Assembly: GCA_001795735.1 (NCBI GenBank)
Contig: MGKQ01000014.1
Span: 5,625 to 58,691, forward strand
Reading direction: 5' to 3'
DNA length: 53,067 nucleotides
From: Candidatus Yanofskybacteria bacterium RIFCSPLOWO2_02_FULL_41_13
GTDB lineage: Bacteria > Patescibacteriota > Minisyncoccia > 2-02-FULL-40-12 > GWA2-44-9
The notes below the pieces were generated by a model, which ran no database searches, was not told the origin of the DNA, and saw only the letters and a program-made list of their open reading frames with translations. A program made the translations under genes and the position numbers. This document shows positions 27,796 through 36,488 of the stretch, piece after piece (position 1 is the stretch's first letter; each line of letters starts with the position of its first letter).

Positions 27796-28701
27796 TTACC
27801 GGTCATTGCCTATATCTACGTCGATGGCGAATGGTATAGGAGGCCTTTCACCTCGACGAAGCGACTGCAATCTTTGTAATTCATGTATCGCCCTATAAAG
27901 ACCTTTTTCCAAGGAGGCCTCATAACGAGTAAGTTTTTCGAGAGTTTTATCATCCGGGATACTCTTTGCCATCAAGTCACTTTCGTCTTCGAGATGTTCT
28001 TTTTCTTCAATGTTTTTGAGGAAACTGCCAAATAATTCTTTTTGTTCCTGAACCAATTTAAGGAAAGCCTCCTTGGCAGCTTCTTTCGGAACCAGACAAG
28101 GTTCACCATCTATTTCCTCCTGCTTCATCATCACATTCATAGTCGCAGCCATAATAGCAAAATTGTTTCCTTCTTCACCGAACTGATTATGGATAAGATC
28201 TATAGTTTCATCAGATATAAAACCTTGGCTTTTAACCTCATCCTCGGCAGTTTCAACTAGCCCAATTAAACTTTGAATACCGAAAGATGCCTGAAACCTT
28301 TTAGAACGAAAAATATCTATAAGCTTCTGGTGTTGATTCTCTTGTTCTGCTCGCTTGGTAATACTATTAATCATGTGACTATCCTGCAATTTCCTGACTT
28401 CGCCTACTTCAGCCCTCATAACCCGTTGCAAGCGCCAATAGGAGCTGATAATGCGGTCTACGAGCATTTCCTCGGCTAATCCGATGGGCTGAAAATCCTC
28501 GACTAATCTTTCGGTGATAACTTCAAACATTTCTAAATCCTCTTCACCGTCGCCGGTGGTAATGATTGATGACTTAGATAAAATGCCGTGCTTCAAAGAA
28601 TTTAATTTACTGATTGATTTGCCATCATCTGAAGTTGGACCTGTCGATTTAAGGGCATTCTGCTGATTAGCAATAATTTGTTTTTCTGATATTTCGCTCA
28701 T
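27796..28701 (-). CDS. Hypothetical protein with N-terminal ANxxNAxKSTGP...N(S/A)LKHG motif
   Basis: ANQQNALKSTGPTSDDGKSISKLNSLKHGILS; LEKLTRYEASLEKGLYRAIHELQRLQ; co-oriented just upstream of recombinase 2. Confidence 0.8.
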   Translation of the reverse strand: MSEISEKQIIANQQNALKSTGPTSDDGKSISKLNSLKHGILSKSSIITTGDGEEDLEMFEVITERLVEDFQPIGLAEEMLVDRIISSYWRLQRVMRAEVGEVRKLQDSHMINSITKRAEQENQHQKLIDIFRSKRFQASFGIQSLIGLVETAEDEVKSQGFISDETIDLIHNQFGEEGNNFAIMAATMNVMMKQEEIDGEPCLVPKEAAKEAFLKLVQEQKELFGSFLKNIEEKEHLEDESDLMAKSIPDDKTLEKLTRYEASLEKGLYRAIHELQRLQSLRRGERPPIPFAIDVDIGNDR

Positions 28702-29163
28702 GCTAGTTAACTTTGTAGACTTCTATTTCCGACTTATCTTGATCGACCTTGTAAACTCTCCACCGGTCCTCGGGTAATATCCAATCGTGGTGAATAAAAT
28801 GTTTGGCATCATCTAATGTAAGAAAGCATCCTCGTTCTTTAAATTCTTTTTGATAGGAATTTTCATTTTTCCAGATAACCTTATAATGCGGGAATACATT
28901 TTTGGCATTTTTATTTGCTTCAAGTAATTCGTTGAACTCAATAACTTCGTCTGTCGTTCTGGCTATAAATTCCCACAAGTTATCCGAGATTTTATAGAAG
29001 ATAGTTTCTAATTCTTCAGCGGTCAGATTTCGCTCAAGGTATCCTTCTCCTGCTAATTCTTGAATGAAGTCAAAATCTATTATTATTTGTTCCTTATTAT
29101 TTATTGTATTTTCCATAGTTTTGGTTTTAGTTATTTTTTAATTTTTTCTGACATTTCGCTCAT
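28681..29163. repeat. 21-bp direct repeat (20/21) flanking a single gene
   Basis: TTTTTCTGATATTTCGCTCAT (28681-28701) and TTTTTCTGACATTTCGCTCAT (29143-29163). Confidence 0.85.
28703..29116 (-). CDS. Hypothetical protein (137 aa)
   Basis: Acidic ORF between the 21-bp repeats. Confidence 0.7.
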   Translation of the reverse strand: MENTINNKEQIIIDFDFIQELAGEGYLERNLTAEELETIFYKISDNLWEFIARTTDEVIEFNELLEANKNAKNVFPHYKVIWKNENSYQKEFKERGCFLTLDDAKHFIHHDWILPEDRWRVYKVDQDKSEIEVYKVN

Positions 29164-29180
29164 TTTTCCTATGTTATTAG

Positions 29181-29252
29181 CGCGACACAAACTCCGAATG
29201 TATCACTTAAAAGGTGTTCTCTACCGTCCTATCATTCGGAGTTTCTGTCGCG
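29181..29252. repeat. Inverted pair of the CGACAGAAACTCCGAATG motif
   Basis: CGCGACACAAACTCCGAATG (29181-29200, +) and CGCGACAGAAACTCCGAATG (29233-29252, -), 32-bp spacer. Confidence 0.9.
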
Positions 29253-30622
29253 TCAAATAAGTTTGGTGGGGGTAGTTCTTTTACCTCTTCTTCCACCTGA
29301 GGCATATTCTCAATGCCGTATGCCTTGGTTAGGGCATTCTGAATATCTTCTCTCAGGAACCAATGCCACGGTTGATTAGGTGGGCCATCAGGTTCTTTGT
29401 AGGCATCAACCATTTTAAGCGCTTCGAGCTCTTTAAACAGGCGCTGGAAGGTTCTATGAGACCGATGAGGTAACAAGGCCTGCAACTCCTTACTGGTTAA
29501 GGAAGGGCGGGTATTTAATTGCTTAAACAACTGCTGGACGGCTTCGGCCCGATCAACAGGCATTGTTGAAAGACCGATTTCAGCTAATGTTTTCATCTCG
29601 TCCGTGGTTACAGTTTCCTTGCCCCGGACTATGGCTAAGTAACGGCTCAGCCCCCTTAGCTGAAGTAACGCCCGCCAAGGTTCCTCGACTTGAACATCTT
29701 CGACCTCGTAATAGGTTCTGTCCTTGCCTTCATCATCTTTGAATGACTGCTGTTTGGTTAAAACAGTGCCCCTCCCCCTAGATACCAATACCGCCAAGCC
29801 ATTTAATATCTCCTGAATATTTACATCTTCCGGCAATAGGATTGGATTTTTGCCATCAATTTGGGTTATATATGAATACATAATCTCTCGGGCATATTTA
29901 ATTAATCCTTTACGCTTTTCACTCTGCCAAGCGATACCGAAACCTTTTCTTTCCCGTTCAGAAGTAAGTTCTGGCAACCTGATAAACAAAAATCTGGCTC
30001 CGATCATATCGATATATCGGCGATGTTTATTTAATGCTGCCGGAGTGATACATCCTAATAAAGAAAACTTAGCTTTATATGACTTCAGTCCTCTTGTCGG
30101 AGAAAACTTGGCAAATTCCTCGTCGTAAATTGCGACGAGTTCTCCTAAAAGTTTTTTAACCGTCTCCTCGTTTAAGGAAAATAGGGTGGTCATATCTCGA
30201 ATGACAAGACACTTATTATCCAACTCATCCAATAGGTCATAGCTTTTACGACCTTTAGGAGCTACATAGCCGGACGAGAAAGGATTGCTTGTCAGGGTAT
30301 CGAGATAATAGATATGCGATAATCCACGAAGTGCTTTAACGAGCTCCGTTTTCATTGATGATGGTGGTCCAACAAGAACACCCCAAAGTGGCACATCAGC
30401 AAGGTCAGATTTAAGCGAGGAGTAAGCAATTGCCATTGCAATATCAATTACTTCACGGCTAACGGCTCCGATTTTCTCAAAAGCTTGATATACTTCCTCA
30501 AGCTCAATGTGTCGGGTTATTAATTCAACATCAGGATCCTTTTTATTATCCTTAATCTCAGATTCAATTTTCTGAAACTCTTTTTCAATCTGAGGTTCTA
30601 CTTTTGTATAATCTTGTTCCAT
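29207..30622 (-). CDS. AAA+ ATPase, putative replicative helicase
   Basis: Walker A-like LVGPPSSMKT, Walker B-like CLVIRD, RFL motif, C-terminal wHTH-like; downstream of primase-like and SSB-like genes. Confidence 0.7.
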   Translation of the reverse strand: MEQDYTKVEPQIEKEFQKIESEIKDNKKDPDVELITRHIELEEVYQAFEKIGAVSREVIDIAMAIAYSSLKSDLADVPLWGVLVGPPSSMKTELVKALRGLSHIYYLDTLTSNPFSSGYVAPKGRKSYDLLDELDNKCLVIRDMTTLFSLNEETVKKLLGELVAIYDEEFAKFSPTRGLKSYKAKFSLLGCITPAALNKHRRYIDMIGARFLFIRLPELTSERERKGFGIAWQSEKRKGLIKYAREIMYSYITQIDGKNPILLPEDVNIQEILNGLAVLVSRGRGTVLTKQQSFKDDEGKDRTYYEVEDVQVEEPWRALLQLRGLSRYLAIVRGKETVTTDEMKTLAEIGLSTMPVDRAEAVQQLFKQLNTRPSLTSKELQALLPHRSHRTFQRLFKELEALKMVDAYKEPDGPPNQPWHWFLREDIQNALTKAYGIENMPQVEEEVKELPPPNLFDATETPNDRTVENTF

Positions 30623-30723
30623 CGTCAGTGAGTACCGTCTCCAGTTCGGATCCTTGATAGCGGGGACTCACTGGAAGCCTTTCGCTACAAGAACCCGAAC
30701 TGATTACAAAGGCGGTCATTAGA

Positions 30724-31023
30724 TTAATCGTTTTCCCAAGTTTCAATTTCAAAGTTTTTATATTCTCTGCCGGTTTTCTCGGACATAACGAAACCAAGAA
30801 ACTTAATCTGAAGTTTCGTTCCGACAGCCATTTCTTTTAAGTGATTATCGAGCAAGGTATTCCCCCAAAACGAAACCTCTTTACCGTCTTCTTTTTTGAC
30901 AAAATACATATTGGAACCATTCTTGCCCTGATTTTCCTTAACGCCCACATATTCACCTTCTAAATCACCATTCTCTTCAAAGTTCCAAATATCTGACTTC
31001 TTAATTAATTTCTTCCAAGCCAT
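30724..31023 (-). CDS. Small OB-fold ssDNA-binding-like protein
   Basis: WNFEENGDLEGEYVG...VSFWGNTLLDNHL...LQIKFLG...YKNFEI; function inferred. Confidence 0.55.
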   Translation of the reverse strand: MAWKKLIKKSDIWNFEENGDLEGEYVGVKENQGKNGSNMYFVKKEDGKEVSFWGNTLLDNHLKEMAVGTKLQIKFLGFVMSEKTGREYKNFEIETWEND

Positions 31024-31030
31024 TTCTATT

Positions 31031-31654
31031 TTAAATTCCGTTAAGAAATCTTACGGCGTCAGGAAATTTGAGACCGTTTAATTCCATAACGAAACTGATT
31101 GCGTCGCCTTTTTTGCCACATCCATAACAGTGAAAACGATTTTCAGGATAAACATAAAATGAAGGCGTTTTCTCATTATGAAAGGGGCATAAGGCAACTG
31201 ATTTATTTCCTAATTTTTTAAACTGCCCATTAACTACATTTTCTATTGGTGCTACCCTCGCTCTCTCTATATCTTCCTCGGTAAGCCGTCCTTTGGGGAC
31301 TCGACCTCGACTTACCGACTTTAATCGTTTCAACCGCTCAATATTCTGATTTATTTTTAATAACTCCGGACCATCAAATACCTTTACAATCTCCCGCCAG
31401 AACCATTGATTCTCTGGAGCTGATTTTTGGCTAATTACTGACAATTTTCTTTTTATAATGACGGCCACCCTATCTCCTTCTTCCTGCCATTCGGCAATCT
31501 TTTCTGGTATGATTTCTCGGGCTTCTGGAAATATGTTGAGTAGCTCACTATCCGAAAGTTTCGGCTGAACACTTCGCCATTGTTTTTCTAAATCCCAGGC
31601 ATAATTCAAAAAATCCAAATCAATATTTTCAGTTTTGTTTTGTATTTGGTTCAT
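31031..31654 (-). CDS. CHC2 zinc-finger (DnaG N-terminal-like) protein
   Basis: CPFHNEKTPSF...FHCYGCGKKGDAISFVMEL; no TOPRIM domain follows. ATG 31654 or GTG 31675. Confidence 0.88.
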   Translation of the reverse strand: MNQIQNKTENIDLDFLNYAWDLEKQWRSVQPKLSDSELLNIFPEAREIIPEKIAEWQEEGDRVAVIIKRKLSVISQKSAPENQWFWREIVKVFDGPELLKINQNIERLKRLKSVSRGRVPKGRLTEEDIERARVAPIENVVNGQFKKLGNKSVALCPFHNEKTPSFYVYPENRFHCYGCGKKGDAISFVMELNGLKFPDAVRFLNGI

Positions 31655-31805
31655 TTTCTTTTTGTTCTTTGCCACTAATGTAAACGGCTTTGTATAAATT
31701 CACTAAGTTATTGGCCCTTAGTGCCGCCTCTTCAACGGAAAGCTCAATGCCATAATGGCGAAGGTATAGTTCCCGGTATTCTTTTATGGCTTCTGGTGGT
31801 AACAT
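31629..31805 (-). CDS. 58-aa hypothetical protein (missed by ORF track)
   Basis: Manual: MLPPEAIKEYRELYLRHYGIELSVEEAALRANNLVNLYKAVY...; fills the gap and overlaps both neighbours' boundaries as in an operon. Confidence 0.7.
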   Translation of the reverse strand: MLPPEAIKEYRELYLRHYGIELSVEEAALRANNLVNLYKAVYISGKEQKENEPNTKQN

Positions 31806-31806
31806 T

Positions 31807-32082
31807 TTAAAAGTTATCTTGATAAAGTTTTTCCTTTAAAATCTTTATTGACTGGATTAGCTTCCTTGAATCGACCATCACCTCGGAATTATTTTCTCTG
31901 CCAAAATTAAAACTCTCCGTTAGCGTCATTCGCTCTGGAGAATCATTAAAGATAAATGCCGATCGTCTCGGATCAGTAATCTTATCGATATTTAGTAGCT
32001 CAATTCCTTTTGCAAATAGAAAAACCGCAAGATAAAAACTTGTGGTTCTGAAATGTTCTTTTTGATGTGGATCCTTATTCAT
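31807..32082 (-). CDS. DUF5659-like small protein
   Basis: FRTTSFYLAVFLFAKGIELLNID...RSAFIF; ATG 32082 preferred. Confidence 0.65.
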   Translation of the reverse strand: MNKDPHQKEHFRTTSFYLAVFLFAKGIELLNIDKITDPRRSAFIFNDSPERMTLTESFNFGRENNSEVMVDSRKLIQSIKILKEKLYQDNF

Positions 32083-32144
32083 ATGCTTATAGGGGCTGCC
32101 TCCCCTCAATACATAATGGGTCCACATCTGTCAGCTAAAACTAA

Positions 32145-32167
32145 AAGACCCCTTATTGGGGGGTCTT
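32145..32167 (-). terminator. Hairpin after the 501-aa gene
   Basis: AAGACCCC/GGGGTCTT stem followed on the minus strand by TTAGTTTT. Confidence 0.5.
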
Positions 32168-32185
32168 GGTCTTTATTAAATATTT

Positions 32186-33691
32186 TTATTTCCGGCGATA
32201 CTTGCTGCGTTTTTTAATTAGCTCTTGAGCTGAATTGAAATCGTCTTCTGTGTAACAACGATACAAACCAACTCTTCGGGGACTCAAGATCTTATTTAGG
32301 TCCCATCTTTTGAGAGTAGTCCTTGAAACTCCGGTCATAGTTATGAATGTATCTCTTTTCCAACCCACTTTTTCCCCATTTTTATCTTTTAGATCATAGG
32401 GTGACAATGTTCCTAGATTTTCATCTATATCTTTCTGTGATATGTCGTCGAAGCCAAACAGAGATGTGTTACTTTTATATTTGGATGTCCCTAGCCTTTT
32501 TGGATTTAGATCTTTTAAAGCTTCCTCACTAAATATAGATGAATCACCCTCATATTCCGAGCCTCCTAGCTTTTTGCGCATTAAATCTTTTAAAGCTCTT
32601 TCATAAAATGCGGTAAACGGATATTCGTCTGAATCTGTAACTAAACCCAACCGGGTTAATAATCCGCCGCGACCGATAAGAGAAAATAATTTAGGTTCGT
32701 GGAAATTTTTTTCAAGCTTTTTTGCAGATGCGTAGAAAAAATCGAAAGATTTTAATTTTGGTGCTATTTCTTGTTTTATCCACTCTGTCATTTCTGCCTT
32801 CTTATCTTCGCTAAAATACGTCCCCGATCGTTTCTCGTACTGATTAATACCCGATCTTAATAATGGCTCATACATCAAGAAAAGCTGTTCACGAAATGCC
32901 GGCCCCAATTTCGGATGGGGTAAGGGTTTAAAGAATGCCATGGCAACTATATAATTATTAACTTGCTGATATTCTTTGGTATTTTTTAGTTGAGAAAAGG
33001 TTTTATTATTAAACGGTAACTTTAAATATCGAAAATAATCATCCCACTGAAGTAGGGGTAAAACTTCAAATCCGTAGAAGCCATCTTGATATAAGCAAAG
33101 TCTTTTCCACTCTTCTTCGAATGATTTTTTGAATTTATCATCGGATTTAATGGTATATAGCTCAAGATGTTTTAGATTAAGAAAACTGAATGATACGTAT
33201 TGAAATTTATCTAAAAATGAAACAACAAAATCGGGATAACCCTCTTCTTTAACATACTCCTTACTGTTTATTTTTAATGTTTCGAGTAGGACTTTTAAGG
33301 TTAGCCTCTTTAATGTCTCCTCGTCATTGCTTAAATATACACGCCAATATTCTAAATTTTTTAATATTTTAGATTCGAGACCGGGAATTAATATATCCAA
33401 TAAAAACGTTAAGACCTCCTCTCCCGGTCTTTTTATTATCTCCTCTCGCAAATTATAAAAATCCTCATCATCTAATGAGTAGCCGGGAGCTGGTTTTTGG
33501 CTCAAGATCCATTTTTTATAAATTTTAAGGAGGGCGGGGTGTAATTTAAGATATTCGACATACTCCTCCTCAAATACTGGTGTCACAGTAAAACTATCTA
33601 GCGCTATATTTCTAGTTCTACTGCTCAGACAATCGCGAACAGACTCCTCCCGTAGGGCCTGATAAAAAGGTTTTGTATTCTTATTTTCCAT
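32186..33691 (-). CDS. 501-aa protein with C-terminal MerR/excisionase-like HTH
   Basis: C-terminal MTGVSRTTLKRWDLNKILSPRRVGLYRCYTEDD. Confidence 0.7.
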   Translation of the reverse strand: MENKNTKPFYQALREESVRDCLSSRTRNIALDSFTVTPVFEEEYVEYLKLHPALLKIYKKWILSQKPAPGYSLDDEDFYNLREEIIKRPGEEVLTFLLDILIPGLESKILKNLEYWRVYLSNDEETLKRLTLKVLLETLKINSKEYVKEEGYPDFVVSFLDKFQYVSFSFLNLKHLELYTIKSDDKFKKSFEEEWKRLCLYQDGFYGFEVLPLLQWDDYFRYLKLPFNNKTFSQLKNTKEYQQVNNYIVAMAFFKPLPHPKLGPAFREQLFLMYEPLLRSGINQYEKRSGTYFSEDKKAEMTEWIKQEIAPKLKSFDFFYASAKKLEKNFHEPKLFSLIGRGGLLTRLGLVTDSDEYPFTAFYERALKDLMRKKLGGSEYEGDSSIFSEEALKDLNPKRLGTSKYKSNTSLFGFDDISQKDIDENLGTLSPYDLKDKNGEKVGWKRDTFITMTGVSRTTLKRWDLNKILSPRRVGLYRCYTEDDFNSAQELIKKRSKYRRK

Positions 33692-33742
33692 TCTTATTTT
33701 TACTGAAAGTAGCTTAATTTAAGCATTTTCTCAAGACCTATC

Positions 33743-33764
33743 AGCACGACAGAAACTCCGAATG
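33743..33764 (+). repeat. 22-bp motif, direct-repeat copy A
   Basis: AGCACGACAGAAACTCCGAATG, identical to 38217-38238. Confidence 0.95.
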
Positions 33765-33822
33765 TTGCCTATAGCTCGGAAATGTATTACCCTATATCCA
33801 GCATTATTAACAAGGAGCTGTC

Positions 33823-34221
33823 ATGGCCGATCACGTAGAAAAAGATAGCTATTTCCAAAGATTACTAAAATCCTATCTGGATTATCGTCCTGGAAGCGAA
33901 CGAGAACTCGCCGATGAGTTTAGGACGGCGGTTGGTACCATAACCAGATGGGCAAATGGACATTCTCGTCCTGCTCAAAAAGCAGAACAAGCAATCGTCT
34001 CAGCTCTTCAGGAGAAAATATACCGAGAATTACAAGATACATTAATTAATCATCTTATGGATAATAACGACCACCTTACAGTTGATTTTGCATCGGAACT
34101 TGCTTCTGAGTTTGAAGTAGCTAAATCGACAGTAAGGCGTTGGGCAAACGGAACGGCTCGTCCACATCCGCGACTTGCCCTGATGATTATTGGATATGTG
34201 AAAAATAGGGAGACAAAGTAG
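33823..34221 (+). CDS. Tandem XRE-like HTH protein
   Basis: Two repeats: ELADEFRTAVGTITRWANGHSRP and ELASEFEVAKSTVRRWANGTARP; SD AAGGAG. Confidence 0.75.
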   Translation: MADHVEKDSYFQRLLKSYLDYRPGSERELADEFRTAVGTITRWANGHSRPAQKAEQAIVSALQEKIYRELQDTLINHLMDNNDHLTVDFASELASEFEVAKSTVRRWANGTARPHPRLALMIIGYVKNRETK

Positions 34222-34223
34222 TC

Positions 34224-34508
34224 ATGACCATCAAATCAATTCCTCGTTCTGCTCCAAAGCAGATGCTTCCAGGTCTGAAGTTATCCGACTTAGTCCAATT
34301 ACGGACTGCCGATTATTCTCAAGACAAAAGAGATGCGTCAACAAAATATCTGCCAGCCAATACAGTCGGTAAAGTCAAAAATATTTACGACATGGGAGGA
34401 CTAAAACGACATCTGAGGCATCATCGTTTCCTAATCTATCTCCGAATTCCCGGACATCCTGAAACCAATTTCTGGTCTGAAGAATTAACCAAAGTGAGAG
34501 TACGATAA
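34224..34508 (+). CDS. Hypothetical protein
   Basis: Operonic spacing with neighbours. Confidence 0.55.
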   Translation: MTIKSIPRSAPKQMLPGLKLSDLVQLRTADYSQDKRDASTKYLPANTVGKVKNIYDMGGLKRHLRHHRFLIYLRIPGHPETNFWSEELTKVRVR

Positions 34509-34690
34509 TGAGTTTATCTAAAGGACCCGGTTTCTTTCTTCGATTAGAGGAACGACTTGAAGAAAAAGAACCGCCCAAACCGACATGCTGCAAAATTACT
34601 GATCCATGTGTTGAGTCGTGTGTGGATGACTGGATAGAATGGGAAAGATATCAATCTAATTTATCAAGGGGAGAAGATAAAAATGTTTGA
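34508..34690 (+). CDS. Small hypothetical protein
   Basis: Stop/start overlap with both neighbours. Confidence 0.4.
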   Translation: MSLSKGPGFFLRLEERLEEKEPPKPTCCKITDPCVESCVDDWIEWERYQSNLSRGEDKNV

Positions 34691-34868
34691 CCTGATAATT
34701 GTTTGGGTTGGCATAATTCTAAAAATTATTTACGCATTAATGCTATCAGTTGTAATCTATAGCCTGCAGTGGATTATATATCCTCTTCGTCTCCTAACCG
34801 CACAATGTCTGGGGAATGATTTTCCTCATGCACCAGTATACCCACCGAAATGCTCCCAGATTCTATAA
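34683..34868 (+). CDS. Small hydrophobic hypothetical protein
   Basis: One long TM; overlaps previous stop. Confidence 0.4.
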   Translation: MFDLIIVWVGIILKIIYALMLSVVIYSLQWIIYPLRLLTAQCLGNDFPHAPVYPPKCSQIL

Positions 34869-34971
34869 GGAGTCTAATGAAGCAGCCGACTGATCGTCGG
34901 TTTTTTGTTGAAATAAAAGAGCCCCGGCAGAGGTCGTGCATTCTACACGGGGCTCTCTGTCGGGGCTTACT

Positions 34972-35721
34972 TCACCACTTCACCATAAATGGTGGCGGGA
35001 TATTCACGAGGCTCAATCGAGCGGCTTCGAGGAAGCCGAGAATTGCTCCAAAGTGACTCAGGTTGGCTTCCGAAGGAAGCCTGTGTCCTCTCAGCTTGAG
35101 CATATGTTGGATCATGGGTTGGCTGAGGTGATTCTCTCGACCCTCCTCCACGATGCCACGGAACATACAACCAAGCATAGCCTGAATGCACCTGACCTCT
35201 TCGAAAACGTCGAAGCCACGTTTCGATCTCCCTGGATTTACTTCGAGCTCTCGTTGAAGTGTATCTTTCATCCAGCGTACCGCATGAATGGCCAACCGAT
35301 CACTTGCGGCGGCGACGATCTTTCTGGCTATGTGATCCTGATAGCCGACGGCTCGTAAATGGTCGATAACGGCAGGATGGAGGTATTTCCGTTGGCCGTC
35401 CTCTTTGTCATTCTTGAGCAGTTGGTACCAATGAGCCGCACCAAGAATTGCGTCACGCATTCCCCAGTGGCTAGGATCGTAGTCGCTGATCAGATCCTTG
35501 AGCTCATCACGAAGTTCTGTCGGAAGCTGGGCGAGAAAATCCTCGTCCGAGAGTTCCGACAAATGCTTACGAAGCCCACCCTTTAGAAGTGGCTGACTGA
35601 TGATCATTTCCACGATCCTCAGATCAGTCAAATCCTGACGAGTGGGGGTGTATGGATTTGCCAGAGTGGATACTGGCACCTCCAGGGACCGAATTATTGC
35701 TTCGATTGTGTACTGAAACAT
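34972..35721 (-). CDS. Hypothetical protein (249 aa), GC-rich
   Basis: SD GGAGG upstream; consensus promoter at 35926-35954 on the minus strand. Confidence 0.75.
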   Translation of the reverse strand: MFQYTIEAIIRSLEVPVSTLANPYTPTRQDLTDLRIVEMIISQPLLKGGLRKHLSELSDEDFLAQLPTELRDELKDLISDYDPSHWGMRDAILGAAHWYQLLKNDKEDGQRKYLHPAVIDHLRAVGYQDHIARKIVAAASDRLAIHAVRWMKDTLQRELEVNPGRSKRGFDVFEEVRCIQAMLGCMFRGIVEEGRENHLSQPMIQHMLKLRGHRLPSEANLSHFGAILGFLEAARLSLVNIPPPFMVKW

Positions 35722-35925
35722 GACTTTCCTCCTGGTCCAACCGCTGGACCACTTGCATGTCAGGATCCTACTATCCGTGACGGTTTGTGCGGTTTGTGTT
35801 CTCTGCGAAGTAGGTCGCTGAGAGGGAGGAAAGAAAGGTCTTCTCCCTACAAAATACTCACATTGGATATAAGGACTTTGCAGGAAGAAGACTAGATATT
35901 ATGTTAAAAAGCAGTGTGTTTCTAT

Positions 35926-35977
35926 ATTATACCAAAAAATCACTACTATTGCAAGGGGTATAAAAATATGGTATAAT
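35926..35977. promoter_or_regulatory. Symmetric bidirectional sigma70 promoter sharing one -35 hexamer
   Basis: Palindromic TTGCAA (35949-35954) with TGG-TATAAT 17 bp away on both strands (35972-35977 plus; 35931-35926 minus). Confidence 0.8.
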
Positions 35978-36024
35978 ATCGGGGTAGTTGGGATTTCCCC
36001 AACCTACACTCAGGAGGTATCTCG

Positions 36025-36471
36025 ATGAGTACCTTAACAGAAAAGATTCGACAGGCAGTTGCGGAGATGAAAGATCGTCGGTACGGCGTGAAGGGCGAGA
36101 TTGTTTTCGTGTTCAAACCACCGCTGGAGAACCCCGATCTGGATGCACTTCGAAGTTCCATCAAGGAAGTCGACAAGCTCTTTCCCTGGAAAGAGGACGA
36201 TGTTCCCGATGGAGCCGAGAAGCCACCGAGTATCTTTTATCTCGGTAATGGCCAGGTGGTCGTTCACAACTTCCATCCGAAGGAACAGCACATCTGGTTC
36301 TCGGTCCATCCTCGATACGATTCGATGCGACGAGGTCAGATCTATGCATACGAAAAGTATCTCGCCAAGTTGGCGGAAGAGTTGATGAAGCCGAAGCAGA
36401 ACAACTACTGGCCGGCCTCGGTCAGGAGTGTGATCACGATTAAAGCGGTAACCAGTTTCAAGGCCTTTTAG
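36025..36471 (+). CDS. Hypothetical protein (148 aa)
   Basis: SD AGGAGGT; downstream of consensus promoter. Confidence 0.75.
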   Translation: MSTLTEKIRQAVAEMKDRRYGVKGEIVFVFKPPLENPDLDALRSSIKEVDKLFPWKEDDVPDGAEKPPSIFYLGNGQVVVHNFHPKEQHIWFSVHPRYDSMRRGQIYAYEKYLAKLAEELMKPKQNNYWPASVRSVITIKAVTSFKAF

Positions 36472-36488
36472 GTCAGGAGGAGCGAACA

